Origin: Prasinococcaceae sp. CCMP 1430
Lineage: Eukaryota; Plantae; Prasinodermophyta
Reading direction: 5' to 3'
Assembly (NCBI GenBank): GCA_013416795.1
Contig: RQSC01000001.1
Location: forward strand, 317,834 to 381,833
DNA: 64,000 bases
Of the stretch, positions 10,701 to 20,700 are shown one piece after another; position 1 is the first letter of the stretch; each line of letters begins with the position of its first letter. The notes below the pieces were generated by a model that was not told the origin of the DNA, made no database searches, and saw only the letters and a list, made by a program, of their open reading frames with translations. The translations under genes and the position numbers were made by a program.

Positions 10701-11603
10701 GGCGAAGAAGCGCGCATGGAAGGCGGCCTTGGCGTCGAGAAAGCCAGCGTAGGGGGCCACGAGTGCCGCGAGCTCGATGTCGGCGTCGCCCGCGGCACCT
10801 TCCGCAGCGTACGCGGCCGCGCCTGTCGCATCCCTTCCGACGGGGCGCCACGCCGCGCGACATTCGCGCAGCCAGCCACGAATGGATTCGCGCGACGCAC
10901 TCGCGTCGGCGCCACGCAACGACGACCGCAGCGCGACGAGCACATCCGCGGATCCCTGCTGCAGAAGTTTGTGAAGGACGACCAGGCACTTGAGCGCGAC
11001 TGTGGGCGACCTGGCCACGGGGCGCAGGCTGAGGTCGCCCAGCACCAACGCCGCCGCTTGCCGGCTGCCGCCGCCGTCGGCCGCATCATCGCGGTACGTC
11101 TCTAGCACCAGACGGCGCAGGTGCTTGGGGCGAATTGGCGTCACCTCATTGCTCGTCGCGCGGAGCATGGCCTTGCGAATGGCGCCGTGCTGCGGAGGCG
11201 GCGCCTGCTCGCCCATGTCGGTGCCCCCCCCCGCGCCGCCCGCGGCACCGCCGCCGCCCGCCACCACAGCCGCCTTGGCGCCGCCGGCGGGCGCCGCGCC
11301 GACAGCGGCGCTGCCGCCCGCAAGGGATCCGCTGAGCGAGCGCGACAACCTGCTCGGCGACATTCCCCCCCGCACGCCCTCCCCCTTTGCCGCGGCTGCC
11401 AGCCCGGCCTTCACCCCGAGCGCGGTGAACTCGTAGTCGCCCCACGACCCGCAGCCACGCACGGTGTAGCCGGTGGCTGCGGCTGCGCGCCCACCCTTCG
11501 CATTGCCCGGTGCGCCTCGCACGGGTGCCCGCCCGTCACTCGCCTTGCGCGCTGGCGCTGCCGGCACCGCGCCATGCGGCCGCGGCCGCGCCGACACGTC
11601 CAT
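7710..11603 (-). CDS. ANTH domain + Pro/Gln-rich linker + Raf-like (TKL) protein kinase
   Basis: 1297-aa ORF. The N-terminal part has KAMLRATSNEVTPIRPKHLRRLV...VALKCLVVLHKLLQQG and KAAFHARFFAFENNY (ANTH-like). The C-terminal kinase has GRGAFG, VAMK, HRDLKSCN, DFG and GTWGWMAPE. The start is uncertain because of the gap at 11715. Confidence 0.88.
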   Translation of the reverse strand: MDVSARPRPHGAVPAAPARKASDGRAPVRGAPGNAKGGRAAAATGYTVRGCGSWGDYEFTALGVKAGLAAAAKGEGVRGGMSPSRLSRSLSGSLAGGSAAVGAAPAGGAKAAVVAGGGGAAGGAGGGTDMGEQAPPPQHGAIRKAMLRATSNEVTPIRPKHLRRLVLETYRDDAADGGGSRQAAALVLGDLSLRPVARSPTVALKCLVVLHKLLQQGSADVLVALRSSLRGADASASRESIRGWLRECRAAWRPVGRDATGAAAYAAEGAAGDADIELAALVAPYAGFLDAKAAFHARFFAFENNYSFRPRRHAASAGQDSPLSIDAAESLLRILSHVVHALEILLSSLRRYRTARPEDEEDGEAALGVIELKLMAALPLLREADLLYDIAGYTLVNVARGVSAAGAPPPPLTPAELKRIQQAAGLFSRLHGELRDVFRRARAEIRLAGLEPPALSKAAPDVLGYLAGRVQVGARPLWQDGNGTQQKALPPLQAALFGEATSLTHGQAQQETAAAALTQVQAPDVGTPSQRAKEAFMTLPPEIKAGPPMPALPAPAGDHRRNRSANTELSALLSQGAVPGSTHAKQALDGASTPDRVPKGTHQAQIQQSQAQLAQMLQAQLQMQVQQQPFHQEKQASARQQQQVPAQQNIPALAPPPAPQAAQNRASPFAPPPQWEPFETSSAGTPSGGSSPDRRISSSDAQRPPGWQTFTSSAQVSATVAGVRPPLPPNARVPAPPSASAGGTSPPHHAHSTGAAAPPPPFVQRPMLQQSRPPYGLAAQTTQAPSGAAGRGGSPGARTTAPEQVKQPHRRRSFSGGSAEEIMQQAAQNLLADMDETHRLSRAWSKDRRKSPPAGVMRSHAKAATGAAPTHPQVHPGTAARAAPKAQPEPKLGGSPDASAGTSAFAAVPPKVTRGLSMNEQRTLEQQRQLELAARATAERDLLDQLQTHMHTQNLDAEWAAAMYQTSPQPTVVPASSSAAGTFVINSNVNELGQPIAPRPPRVGDFEGPSGFVPLPAQYSIDFSELDIGRTIGRGAFGDVVTAQWRGQTVAMKRLQNVNAGRDSAVLDDFLREVNTLMQVRHPNVVEFKGACTTPPNLGIVMEHCEHGSLFHVLRQLRGRLPLPLAIKWATDIARGVLHLHTLDRPVLHRDLKSCNLLVDARFRVKTADFGLARTKASSVAFTQVGTWGWMAPEVLDSAPYNEKADVYSYGVILWELLTQEEPFKGLAPMQIMRLIDRGERPAIPAGVSAGYRELIEQCWATDPDARPTFDEVVERLEALARTLPMWQAPKLGTRGA

Positions 11604-11714
11604 GCTGCCACGCGGCGGCGCGGTTCACCACCTCGTCTACGACGCCTCGGCGGCCGACCCCCGCGCGCGCGCACGGGGGGTGGCGAGCGGTGCCTGCCCG
11701 CCCCGGCGCGCCCG

Positions 11715-11881
11715 NNNNNNNNNNNNNNNNNNNNNNNNNNNNNNNNNNNNNNNNNNNNNNNNNNNNNNNNNNNNNNNNNNNNNNNNNNNNNNNNNNNNNN
11801 NNNNNNNNNNNNNNNNNNNNNNNNNNNNNNNNNNNNNNNNNNNNNNNNNNNNNNNNNNNNNNNNNNNNNNNNNNNNNNNNN
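11715..11881. other. Assembly gap (N run)
   Basis: Ns from 11715 to 11881. Confidence 0.99.
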
Positions 11882-12042
11882 GCCGCGCCGCGCGCAGCCG
11901 CCGCGCGCACGCCATCGCGCAGGGACCTGAGGCGGGGGGAGGGGGAGGGGGAGAGGATGGGGCGGGGGAAGGTGGCGAGGGGCGCCGCCGGCCGCGGGTG
12001 TGGCGCCCCCCCGGCGCGCGCATCGCCCCAAAAAGGGCTTTG

Positions 12043-12054
12043 GGGTTAGGGTTA
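12043..12054 (+). promoter_or_regulatory. Telomere-type repeat GGGTTAGGGTTA (telo-box-like)
   Basis: Two TTAGGG-type units in the intergenic region upstream of the kinase gene. Confidence 0.45.
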
Positions 12055-12216
12055 CTATTTACGGTGTATTCGAGAGGGTTTATTCACGCACATCGGAGCT
12101 CGCGCGGCACGCGACACCCGGCAGCTTCCGGGCTCTCGGGCCAACGACTCGGGTTCGTCCTCCCGCCACCCCGGGCGCTGTCGGGGGCGGGAGACCCCCT
12201 CACCCCGGGGTCGGCC

Positions 12217-12450
12217 CCGGAGTCTGGGAGATTGCGAGCCCCTTCCCCCGGGTTCTCCTCCGGAGTCTCGCAGATTGCCAGCCGCTTCCCCCGGGTTCGC
12301 CTCCGGAGTCTCGGAGATTGCGAGCCCCTTCCCCTGGGTTCTCCTCCGGAGTCTCGGAGATTGCCAGCCGCTTACCCCGGTTTCGCCTCCGGATTCTGGG
12401 AGATTTCGAGCCCCTTACCCCGGGTCCGCTTCCGGAGTCTGGGAGATTGC
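12217..12450 (+). repeat. 43-bp tandem minisatellite, about 5.5 copies with alternating A/B variants
   Basis: Units start CCGGA(G/T)TCT at 12217, 12260, 12303, 12346, 12389 and 12432, an exact 43-bp period. Consensus is CCGGAGTCTSGGAGATTGCSAGCCSCTTMCCCGGGTTCKCCT. Confidence 0.95.
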
Positions 12451-12733
12451 GTTAGGGTTTGGATGGGGTCGGATTGGCAGGTCGAAACGCATGCGGAGGG
12501 ACGGGAGGGTGCGGTGCGCGCGCGCGCGGGCCTGGGGTGCGTGCAGGGGGGGGGACGCGGGCGGCACTAGGACGCTGCACGACGATGTCGTACGTGGGCT
12601 TCGGAGGATTTGGGTTTACCATTACGGTTTAAATGTAGGGTTTATATCTACATAAAGTATGCATTACCCTGTGTGGACGTGACCGTGTATGCCAAACCGC
12701 ATGTGTCGTGTGGTTACAATGTTTTGGCTGTCG

Positions 12734-12734
12734 C

Positions 12735-12824
<90 letters not shown>

Positions 12825-12827
12825 CCA

Positions 12828-12869
<42 letters not shown>
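12734..12869. repeat. (CA)n microsatellite with CG interruptions
   Basis: About 135 bp of CA repeats with CACG variants, followed by GTGTGTGCGCG. Confidence 0.98.
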
Positions 12870-12872
<3 letters not shown>

Positions 12873-13382
12873 TGTGCGCGCCAGCAGCGCGCCGGAGCAT
12901 GTGCGTGTGCCAATCGCGTCGACCCCGGAAGTTGTTGACAGTTACAAACATAGTCAGATTCGTTGCAATGATTGGTTGCGTTCACCAAAAATTAATTGAG
13001 CTGCCGGCCGCCCGCGCGAGAAATATCTCCACGATGTACGGGGCACGCGATGATGGTTGCGGCCGTGGCTGCCGCGCGTGCCACAGCGCACGCGCGCCTG
13101 GGGGCGTTGGCGGGCGCTGGGCGATCGACGGTGAGCCGCGGCGGGCCAGCGGCGCTGGCCGGGTGCCAGCGAGGAGCGCTGCGGTGGCGCGCGCACGCGG
13201 TGTGCGAGCGCGGCCGGAGCCCGCTCGCGTCGCTCCGCAGAACGGAGTCTTTGGCGCGCGACGCTGACGCATTGCCAGGTTCTGGGCGCGCGGCAGCTCC
13301 CTTGCGAGGGCACACACAGTGTCACACAAATACACACATCAACACTGCGAGGGCGTCGGGCTGCAGCGAGCCCGAGTCCGGC

Positions 13383-15113
13383 ATGCGGCGCGCGCTGCTC
13401 CTCCCTGCGGTTGCCGTGGCTGCCGCGGCGGCGAGCCGGGCGCAGGCGGCGGTAACAGCGTGCGACTGCGGCATCAGCGGTGAGACATGCACCGGAGGGC
13501 CAGTCTTCAAGGAGAACCCCGGGCCGGGAGCGTCCTTCAGTTGCGACCCCGCCGACGGCGTGGGCAACGCCGGCGTGGGCCCCGGTGGCTGCCTGACGGT
13601 CGCGCCGGTGGAGTGTCTGGGACTGACTCAGGCGTCCTTCGTGGTGGAGTTGTGCGGCGTGGTGGCGCCGCACAGCCACGCCAACACGGCGGAGCTCAAC
13701 ACTGTCATCGCCGGACGCGGGTGGATCTGCGTGCAGGTCCGCGAGTCCGCGACGCATCCCTCAGCTGAGCACACACGCGCACACACACATGCACACATGC
13801 TGGCACACTCAACCTGCGTGGACGGAACACTCAGACGAGCACTGACATTGGGCCGCTAACTAATCCTGCCTGTATTGCGCGCGGCGCGCACACAGTTTTC
13901 GCAATTTTTGGCAAATGCATCGTCCTCGGGGATGCAGTGCGCATTCGTCAACCCTGGTGACTCATTCATCTTTCCGAAGGGCACCTACCACAGCTGGCTG
14001 AACGCGTACGAGAGCGACGACTACAACACATACTACGACATCACGGATTCACCAACGTCCGCACCTACCGCCTCACCCGGCCCTTCGCCCGCAGAATCTA
14101 CGAGCGCGAACGGCGGCAGCGGCGGAGGCACCGGCGACGTCAACGTGGCGTCGGAGCAGCTCGTGACTGTGACGACCTTCCTCGACGCCGCGCCGCCCGA
14201 CGCGTCGCTGCTCATGGTCTCGCCCACAGGCCCGGACTCCGACGGCACCCTCGACGACGCCGTGCCCGGCGGCGTCGTCGGATCCTTGGTCGTCGATGGC
14301 GGCGGCTCACTCGTCAATGGCTTCGGCCCAACGGCGCCGTTGGTGTCCGTGACCATCGGGAATTTCGACCTCGGCAACGTCGAGGGGCCGCAGCCCAACA
14401 GCGGCTCCCCGCTCTTTCCGCAGATCACTGGGCCGTCTGACTACGGCGAGCCCTCGGCGTGCAGAGCGGCTCAAATCAAGGCGGACGATTTCACCAACGA
14501 GTCGGACGACGGCATGGGCCTGCGCTCGCCCATCGCACTCTTCGAGACCAACGAGGTTGAGACCGGCGTCTTCGCCACGGGGTGCGATGGCCCGTGCGGC
14601 GGCGGCTTTCGCTTGGTGAGCGGCGCCGCCTGGCCGCTGCTCGGCGACAACTCCGTGGCGCTGCAGATCGTGAGCTACTGCGGCGTGCAGAATCTTCACG
14701 TGCACACGACTGCTAATGAGTGGGGAACCGTCCTCAACGGCACCGCGTATGTGATGCAGTACCCAGTCAACTCGCCGGCCAACATCACGAGCACGGTCGT
14801 GCGCGCTGGCGAGACGTATTACGTTCCCGCCGGCGCCGTGCACTGGTTCGTCAACGCGGAACCAGGCACCCAATTCGCCACCATCAGCAGCTACGATGGG
14901 AACAACCCGGACGTTTCCTTCCTGGTAGGTTACGTTGGCGCACTCTCGTCCGCAAACTCTGTCATCACGGACACCGTGCTGGGCGAGGCATGGACGCCCC
15001 CCAACACGGCCAACCCGGTGTACCCCTTGCTCTCGGGTGCCTTGCCCGCAGGCTGCGGCGGCGACACGCCTTGCGAGAGCTGCGGCGACGTCGACTTCCT
15101 CGCGAACTACTAG
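13383..15113 (+). CDS. Secreted bicupin (oxalate decarboxylase/germin-like), 2 exons
   Basis: Signal-like start MRRALLLPAVAVAAAAASRAQA. Cupin 1 has PHSHANTAE...G, and after intron 13737-13895 (GT..AG, phase 0, GCTAAC branch point) GDSFIFPKGTYHSWLN. Cupin 2 has LHVHTTANEWG and GETYYVPAGAVHWFVN. Confidence 0.85.
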
Positions 15114-15315
15114 TGGAAGAAGTCGCAGCAGACATCATCGCGCGAGACTGCCAGTATTTGCCGCATGCAGTCATCGTCGTGCTCTAAAGCTAGCGGCGCT
15201 CTGGCTAGCGTTATACAACTTACGAATCGCGGCAGCAGCCACTGGCAGCCATCCCGGGCCGAGGGACACTCGCCCGCAGCCGCGCCGGCACTGTTGTGCA
15301 CGCGCCACGCCCTCA

Positions 15316-15316
<1 letters not shown>

Positions 15317-15350
<34 letters not shown>

Positions 15351-15382
15351 CCCCCCACCCCCCCCACCCCCCTTCCCCCCCC
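15317..15382. repeat. Poly-C tract (G-quadruplex-capable on the minus strand)
   Basis: A run of about 31 C followed by interrupted C runs. Confidence 0.95.
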
Positions 15383-15654
15383 ATGCGCCCCCCGCGCGCG
15401 CTAAGCTCGGCGGCGTGGATCGTGTCGAGAGTGGCCGCCCTCTGCCCTGCATCCGCCCTCCCACTCGCGCGCTCGCTGCGCAGGGCCGAGTTGTTTTGAA
15501 TGCATCGGTTCGTTTCGAATGGCGTTTGATTTGCGGTTACGGCGCGCAGCAGCGCCTGCCGCCTCACGCCACACACCGCGTGCGGCGCGGTGGCGCGCTG
15601 GCGCGCACGCGGGCTCGCACGCGCGCACGCCGGTGGCTCGCCGCCGTGCGCCCC

Positions 15655-18600
15655 TTCTGCGTGGTGTACGACCACGCGGGCGTCCAGCGCAGGCGCCTCG
15701 ACCGGGAGGTCGCCGCGGTGGAGCGGCGTGCGCGTGAGCGCGATGCGCTCGCCGCGGCGGTCGCCTCCGCCGCACGTGATGCCGCCGAAGACGCCGACGC
15801 CGCCGAGCTGGACGACAGCGACGCCCCGCCCGCCTACGGTGATTTGGGCGAGCTGGAGGAGGCCATGCGCGCGCAGCTGCGCGGGCGCCATCGCGTCGCT
15901 GCCAGCTGGAAGGACGTGCTCATGCGCGCATGCGAGCGCGCGAGCGGCGCGCGTGCCGCACCTGGTGCGGGTCCTGCCGCGCGCGCCGCGGCGCGCGCCG
16001 CGGCTCGCGGCGAGCTCGCCGTAAGCGCCGCGCAATTCCGCGCGGCCTGGCGCTCGCTGGGTGTGCGCATGAGCGCGTCCGACGCGCTCTCCGTGTGCGC
16101 GCGCCTCGGCTTTGCACCGGGCATGCGAGTGCGCGTCGAGGCGTTCGCCCGTGCGCTCATGCGTGGCGCGGCGCGCAACGCGACATCTACACACGGCGTG
16201 CAGAGGGGTGCCTTCAACGCCGAGACGTACCTGCTGTCGTCGGAGCGCATGGACGCTCGCCCTGCCTTCGAGGGGAAGATCACCTACCCGCCGTGCAAGT
16301 ACGTCACGCCCGTGCACACGCGCGCACGCGCCAGCCGTGCGCGCACCCGCTCGACTCTTCTTCGCGCGCGCGTGCGCGCCTGGACGATGCATTGCTGACA
16401 CGCGCGAGCGCTATCGATAGGACGGGCGTGTTTGCGCCGGTGGGGTTCACGCGCGCGGGCGTGCGCGAGAGCGCGCGAGCGCCTCGCACAGCGGGGCTGG
16501 CGCTCGACTTCGTGGCGGGCTACGGCGGCCTACACAACACGGCGCCCAATCTATTTTACACCGCTGCGGGCGAGTGCGTGTACTATGCGGGCGCGCTGGG
16601 CATCGTGTTCGACCCGCGCACGCGCACGCAGCGGTACTTCGGGCGCGCGCAGGGGCGCAGGCACGGCGAGCGGAAGGGCGGGCTCAGCAGCGCGTTGCTG
16701 GGGGCGCCGGGGGAGCGGCACGAGGCCCAGGTAGGCCACGACGACGACATCCTCTGCCTGAACATCCACCCCGATCGCACCCGCGTCGCGAGCGGCCAGG
16801 CGGCCGCCGCACCCTGCGCGATCGTGTGGGACACTGGCGACTGCTCGCAGCTCGCGCGGCTGCAGCACGGCGAGGGCATGCGCGGGGTGCTGGCGGTGGC
16901 CTTTTGCGCGCGCGGCGGCGGGCGGTGGTTAGTGACGGTGTGCTCCGACAACAGGCACACCATCTGTGTTTGGGACTGGGCGCGCGGCGTGCGCCTCGCG
17001 AGCGCGCCCTCACGCAACGGCGTCCCACCGCAGGTGTACGGGATCACGTGGAACCCAAACACCGACGAATTTCTTTCGTACGGCGTGAAGCACCTGACGC
17101 TGTGGGAGATTGACGCCAGCTCGGGGGCGCTGCTGTGTGAGAAGGCGTCCTTCGGCCGCGCGTCGCCGCACGATGTGCTCTGCGCGGCGTTCCTGGAGAG
17201 TGGGACGGTGCTGAGTGGTTGCGAGACGGGCGAGATCGCCAGCTGGCGCGGCGGCGTGCTGCGCTCCGTTTCGCCCGCCCACGCGCCGGGCAAGCGTGGT
17301 GGCGGCTGCCGTGTGCTACGCGTACGATCGGGTGGCCGCACGATGCTTAGCGGCGGCGCCGACGGCCGAGTGCTCGTGTGGGACGTTTCCAGCGGCGCTC
17401 TGGGCAGCGTGCTGCGCTCGGTGACGCTCGACGCACCTCCGGGCGAGCGCGTGCCGGCCTTACGCTCGCTAGACTGCATGCCCGGATCGGACGTCTTCGT
17501 GGCTGGCACGAGCTCATGCGACATCTGGGAGGTGGACCAGGATCCGGAGGTCCTCATATACGGCCACTCCGCAGACCTGTATGGAGTGGCATTTCACCCC
17601 GACAGGTCTCTGGCACATGTCTTTGCCACTGCTTGCGACTCGAGCAGAGTCTTCATCTGGGACGCTCGCAACCGCCGCAGGCTGGCGGCGGTGGAATGTG
17701 CGAGTAACGCTCGCAGCGCCGCGTTTGCGACTACCGCCAACGGCGGCGGCGAGCTCGCCGTTGGATTGGTAGATGGCTCAGTCGAGGTGTTTGACGTCCG
17801 CGAGGTCCTGTCATTGGTGGCGGTGAAGACCAAAAAGCGAGCGAGCGACGAAGCCAGCGACAAAGAGCAGCGAGAGGAGGAGGAGGGAGACGATCATGGG
17901 GATGTCGCTGCGGTCGGCGCAGGCCGCTTGCGCCCACCGGACCGCGTGTGCTGTGTGCGCAAGGCCAAGTCCGCTGTGGACGTCCTGGCGTACTCACCCG
18001 ATGGCCTGACGCTCGCCGCAGGCACACACGACTGCCACGTGGAACTCTTCGCGTGCGCGGGCGGGCTTCTGGGACATCTCGCGACGTGCAAGGGTCACAG
18101 CGCCACCATCAGCGCGCTCGACTGGAGCGCAGACGGCACACTCATACAGTGCACATCCAACGCGTACGAACTTCTGTACTTCAATGGCCAGACCGGCGCG
18201 CCCGTGACTGCTGCCGCGGGTCTGAGTGGCCGTCGATGGGCGAGCTGGACGTGCCCGTTGGGCTTCCCCGTTATGGGGATCTGGCCGGACGGTGCGGACG
18301 GCACAGACGTGAACAGCGTGTGCGCGACCTCCGATAGGAAGTTGCTGGCAGCTGCCGACGACTTCGGCGCCGTGCGCCTCATGAATTACCCGTGCGTCGT
18401 CGATGAGGCTCCCTCGCGCATATACTATGGGCACTCTAGCCACGTGATGGGCACCCGATTTTCGTGCGATGACAAGTGGCTTGTGTCCACCGGCGGGCAT
18501 GACCGTGCTGTCTTCATCTGGAGCCTCGATCCGGGCATGCACGCCTCTGAGGTGGAGCACGAAGTCTCGCCAGAGGAGGCTCTGCAGTATCATCCGCCGG

Positions 18601-19061
18601 TGGCGCCCCCGCGCACGCAAGCACCCGAGGCGGAGCCCATCACTACAGTGACCATCGGAAAACGGCCGGACAGACGTCTGGCAGAGCCTTCTGAACCCGA
18701 GCAATATGGAATCGCACCGGCGTTGCGCGCACATGAGGAGCCCAGGGACGTGCACTCGCGCACGCACGTGCGAGCCGTCGATGCGACTGTGCGTGAAAGC
18801 GCACTCGAATCCGACGATGCGGAAGATGCGGCTCGCGCGACGGTGGCGGGCGCGTATGACGCGCTGCGCTCCGAGCTCGACGCTACGCTGGCAGAGGGCG
18901 CGCGCATTGAGGCGGTGGCAGCGACTGCGGATGCATACAGTGCACTTCGGCGCACACTCGACGACGCCGAGGCGCGTGGCGCTGAGATCGAGGACATCGC
19001 CTCGAGCGTGGGGACGTCGCTGGCGTCCACGCCCGCACAGTCACCCGCGTGGCCTCGCTAG
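15655..19061 (+). CDS. EML: EMAP/EML-like protein (degenerate EF-hand-like N-terminus, HELP motif, WD40 repeats); 5' end uncertain
   Basis: An upstream exon in the 14935 frame (QFRAAWRSLGVRMSASDALSVCARLG...KITYPPCK) splices over intron 16299-16420 (phase 2) to TGVFAP. This is followed by HELP-like LALDFVAGYGG...NLFY...VYY, then GHDDDILCLNIHPD, GHSADLYGVAFHP, GHSATISALDWS, WASWTCPLGFPVMGIWP and GHSSHV. Confidence 0.85.
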
Positions 19062-19337
19062 GGATTCGGCTGGGCCACCAGACAGAGCAGCAGCACATGG
19101 CCTGTAAAATCCAACAGAGTGTACAGTACATTGATTCAATTTGCTTTCTACTTACGAGTACCACAGAGAAGCTTCCGTCAGAGTCGATGGAACTGCCACC
19201 ACTGCGGTGGTGCGTCGGCATGACCCCGGTGCCACTCTGCGCCGAGCGGACGCACCCGACAAGCGGGGGGCCAGCCGCTGGCCCCACGCGCGGGTGAAGA
19301 CGCCAGCGCGTTGGTAGGGGTCAGGGTGTGGGCGGAC

Positions 19338-20060
19338 ATGGCCTTGGCCGAGGCGCTCGGCGCGCGTCCGCGCGTGCAGGCGCTGGGCGGCGCCCGTCGT
19401 GCTCGGCGGCGCGACGCCGCGCGTTGCGTTCGTCGCGAGCCCGCTCCCGAGACGACGCGCGAGCTGCGCGAGCGTGGGGCGGGCGCCGTGTGCCGCGAGC
19501 GCTTCCTCCTCGCGGGTGCGGGGCCGACACCGCGCGTGCGCAGGCTGAGCTCGCCCGGAGGGCACAAGGCAGCGCTGGAGGCCTTCGTCGAGGTCTGCGT
19601 CGAGGCGTATGCGTTGGGTTACAGCTCAGACAGCCTGCTGGCGGAGGCGCGCGGCACCGAGGGCGCTGCCGAGGGCACGCAGGACGCCGCGGGCGGCGGC
19701 GTGGGCCCCGCGGCACTGCTCCTTCGAGAGCCGATGTCGAGCAACGAGTTTGCCGAGCTCGAAGCCTGGGTGGGCCTCGTTTTCCTCGCGGTTGACGCGA
19801 CGGGCGCTGTGCCTCGCTGGACGCCGGCCGAGCCGGGCAGGTCCACAGTTGTGGGCGAGGCAACCGCTGCCGCGTGGGGCGGCTTCGCGGCGCACATCAG
19901 CGACGCATACGCCCGCGGCTGGAGCGCCTGCGACGTGCAGCGACTCACGGCTCTGCAGCTCGTCGCACAGGGACGCGCGGATAGGCCCGACGTTGTCGCT
20001 GAGCTTGGGCGGTTGGTCTTCGCCGCGCTCGCTTACGTCGTCCCACAGTTTCCCAGCTAG
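19338..20060 (+). CDS. Hypothetical, probably plastid-targeted protein with an internal two-fold repeat
   Basis: Ala/Arg-rich transit-like N-terminus. Two similar blocks: AFVEVCVEAYALGYS...WVGLVFLAV and GFAAHISDAYARGWS...LGRLVFAAL. Confidence 0.65.
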   Translation: MALAEALGARPRVQALGGARRARRRDAARCVRREPAPETTRELRERGAGAVCRERFLLAGAGPTPRVRRLSSPGGHKAALEAFVEVCVEAYALGYSSDSLLAEARGTEGAAEGTQDAAGGGVGPAALLLREPMSSNEFAELEAWVGLVFLAVDATGAVPRWTPAEPGRSTVVGEATAAAWGGFAAHISDAYARGWSACDVQRLTALQLVAQGRADRPDVVAELGRLVFAALAYVVPQFPS

Positions 20061-20700
20061 ACAGGGACACAGACGGAGGGCGAGGCTCAGCGTACCTACA
20101 GTATGAAGGGCTAGCGAGAGACGCGCCCTGAGCTCTAGCTAGGTTGGTAGTGCTCGCTCCGGCTCCCCTCCGAGCTCACTCGCTACAGCTCTGCCTCTCT
20201 CTCCGATGTGCGCGAGAGCCAGCGACACGAGCTGGGCACCACACTTGTTGTTTCCATTAACTTGCACCTGTATTCTTCGATTCACCCGCTCCTCGGACGC
20301 CCCACCGCCCGCGCCGGCCAGCGCTCTCGGCCCCGTCGCTGCGCGCCGGCCGCGCCCTCGCCGCCCACGCCACCCCCTCCGACCCGTGGCTGCGCCCGCT
20401 GGCGTCGCCACGTTGTGCTCTCCCCCCCCGACTGCACCAGCGAAACGTCGGACCCCAACCCCCACCCACTCCAAATTGGGGTAAAGTAATGCAAGTAGGG
20501 TTTGAAAATTCGATCGGGCGAGGTCAATGTGCAGGCGCGAGAAAAGCGTCGGAGGCGGTTCGAAAACGCGCAGAGGCGCGCCACACCGCGGTCGGGGTGG
20601 GGTGGGTGGGTGGGGGCGAGGTGTGTGTGTGTGTGCGGGGTCTTTTCCGAGGGCGCGGTAGCTTTGAGGGTCGGGCATTCCTGCGGCGGCGCGCGGCGCG

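Noticed and set aside
12217-12450. Regularly spaced repeats that could suggest a CRISPR array
   Set aside because: The units are contiguous 43-bp tandem copies with no unique spacers and no cas genes, in a eukaryotic context.
12610-13267. His/Thr-rich (HTHTHT) and Cys/Val-rich ORFs
   Set aside because: These are translations of the (CA)n microsatellite, not proteins.
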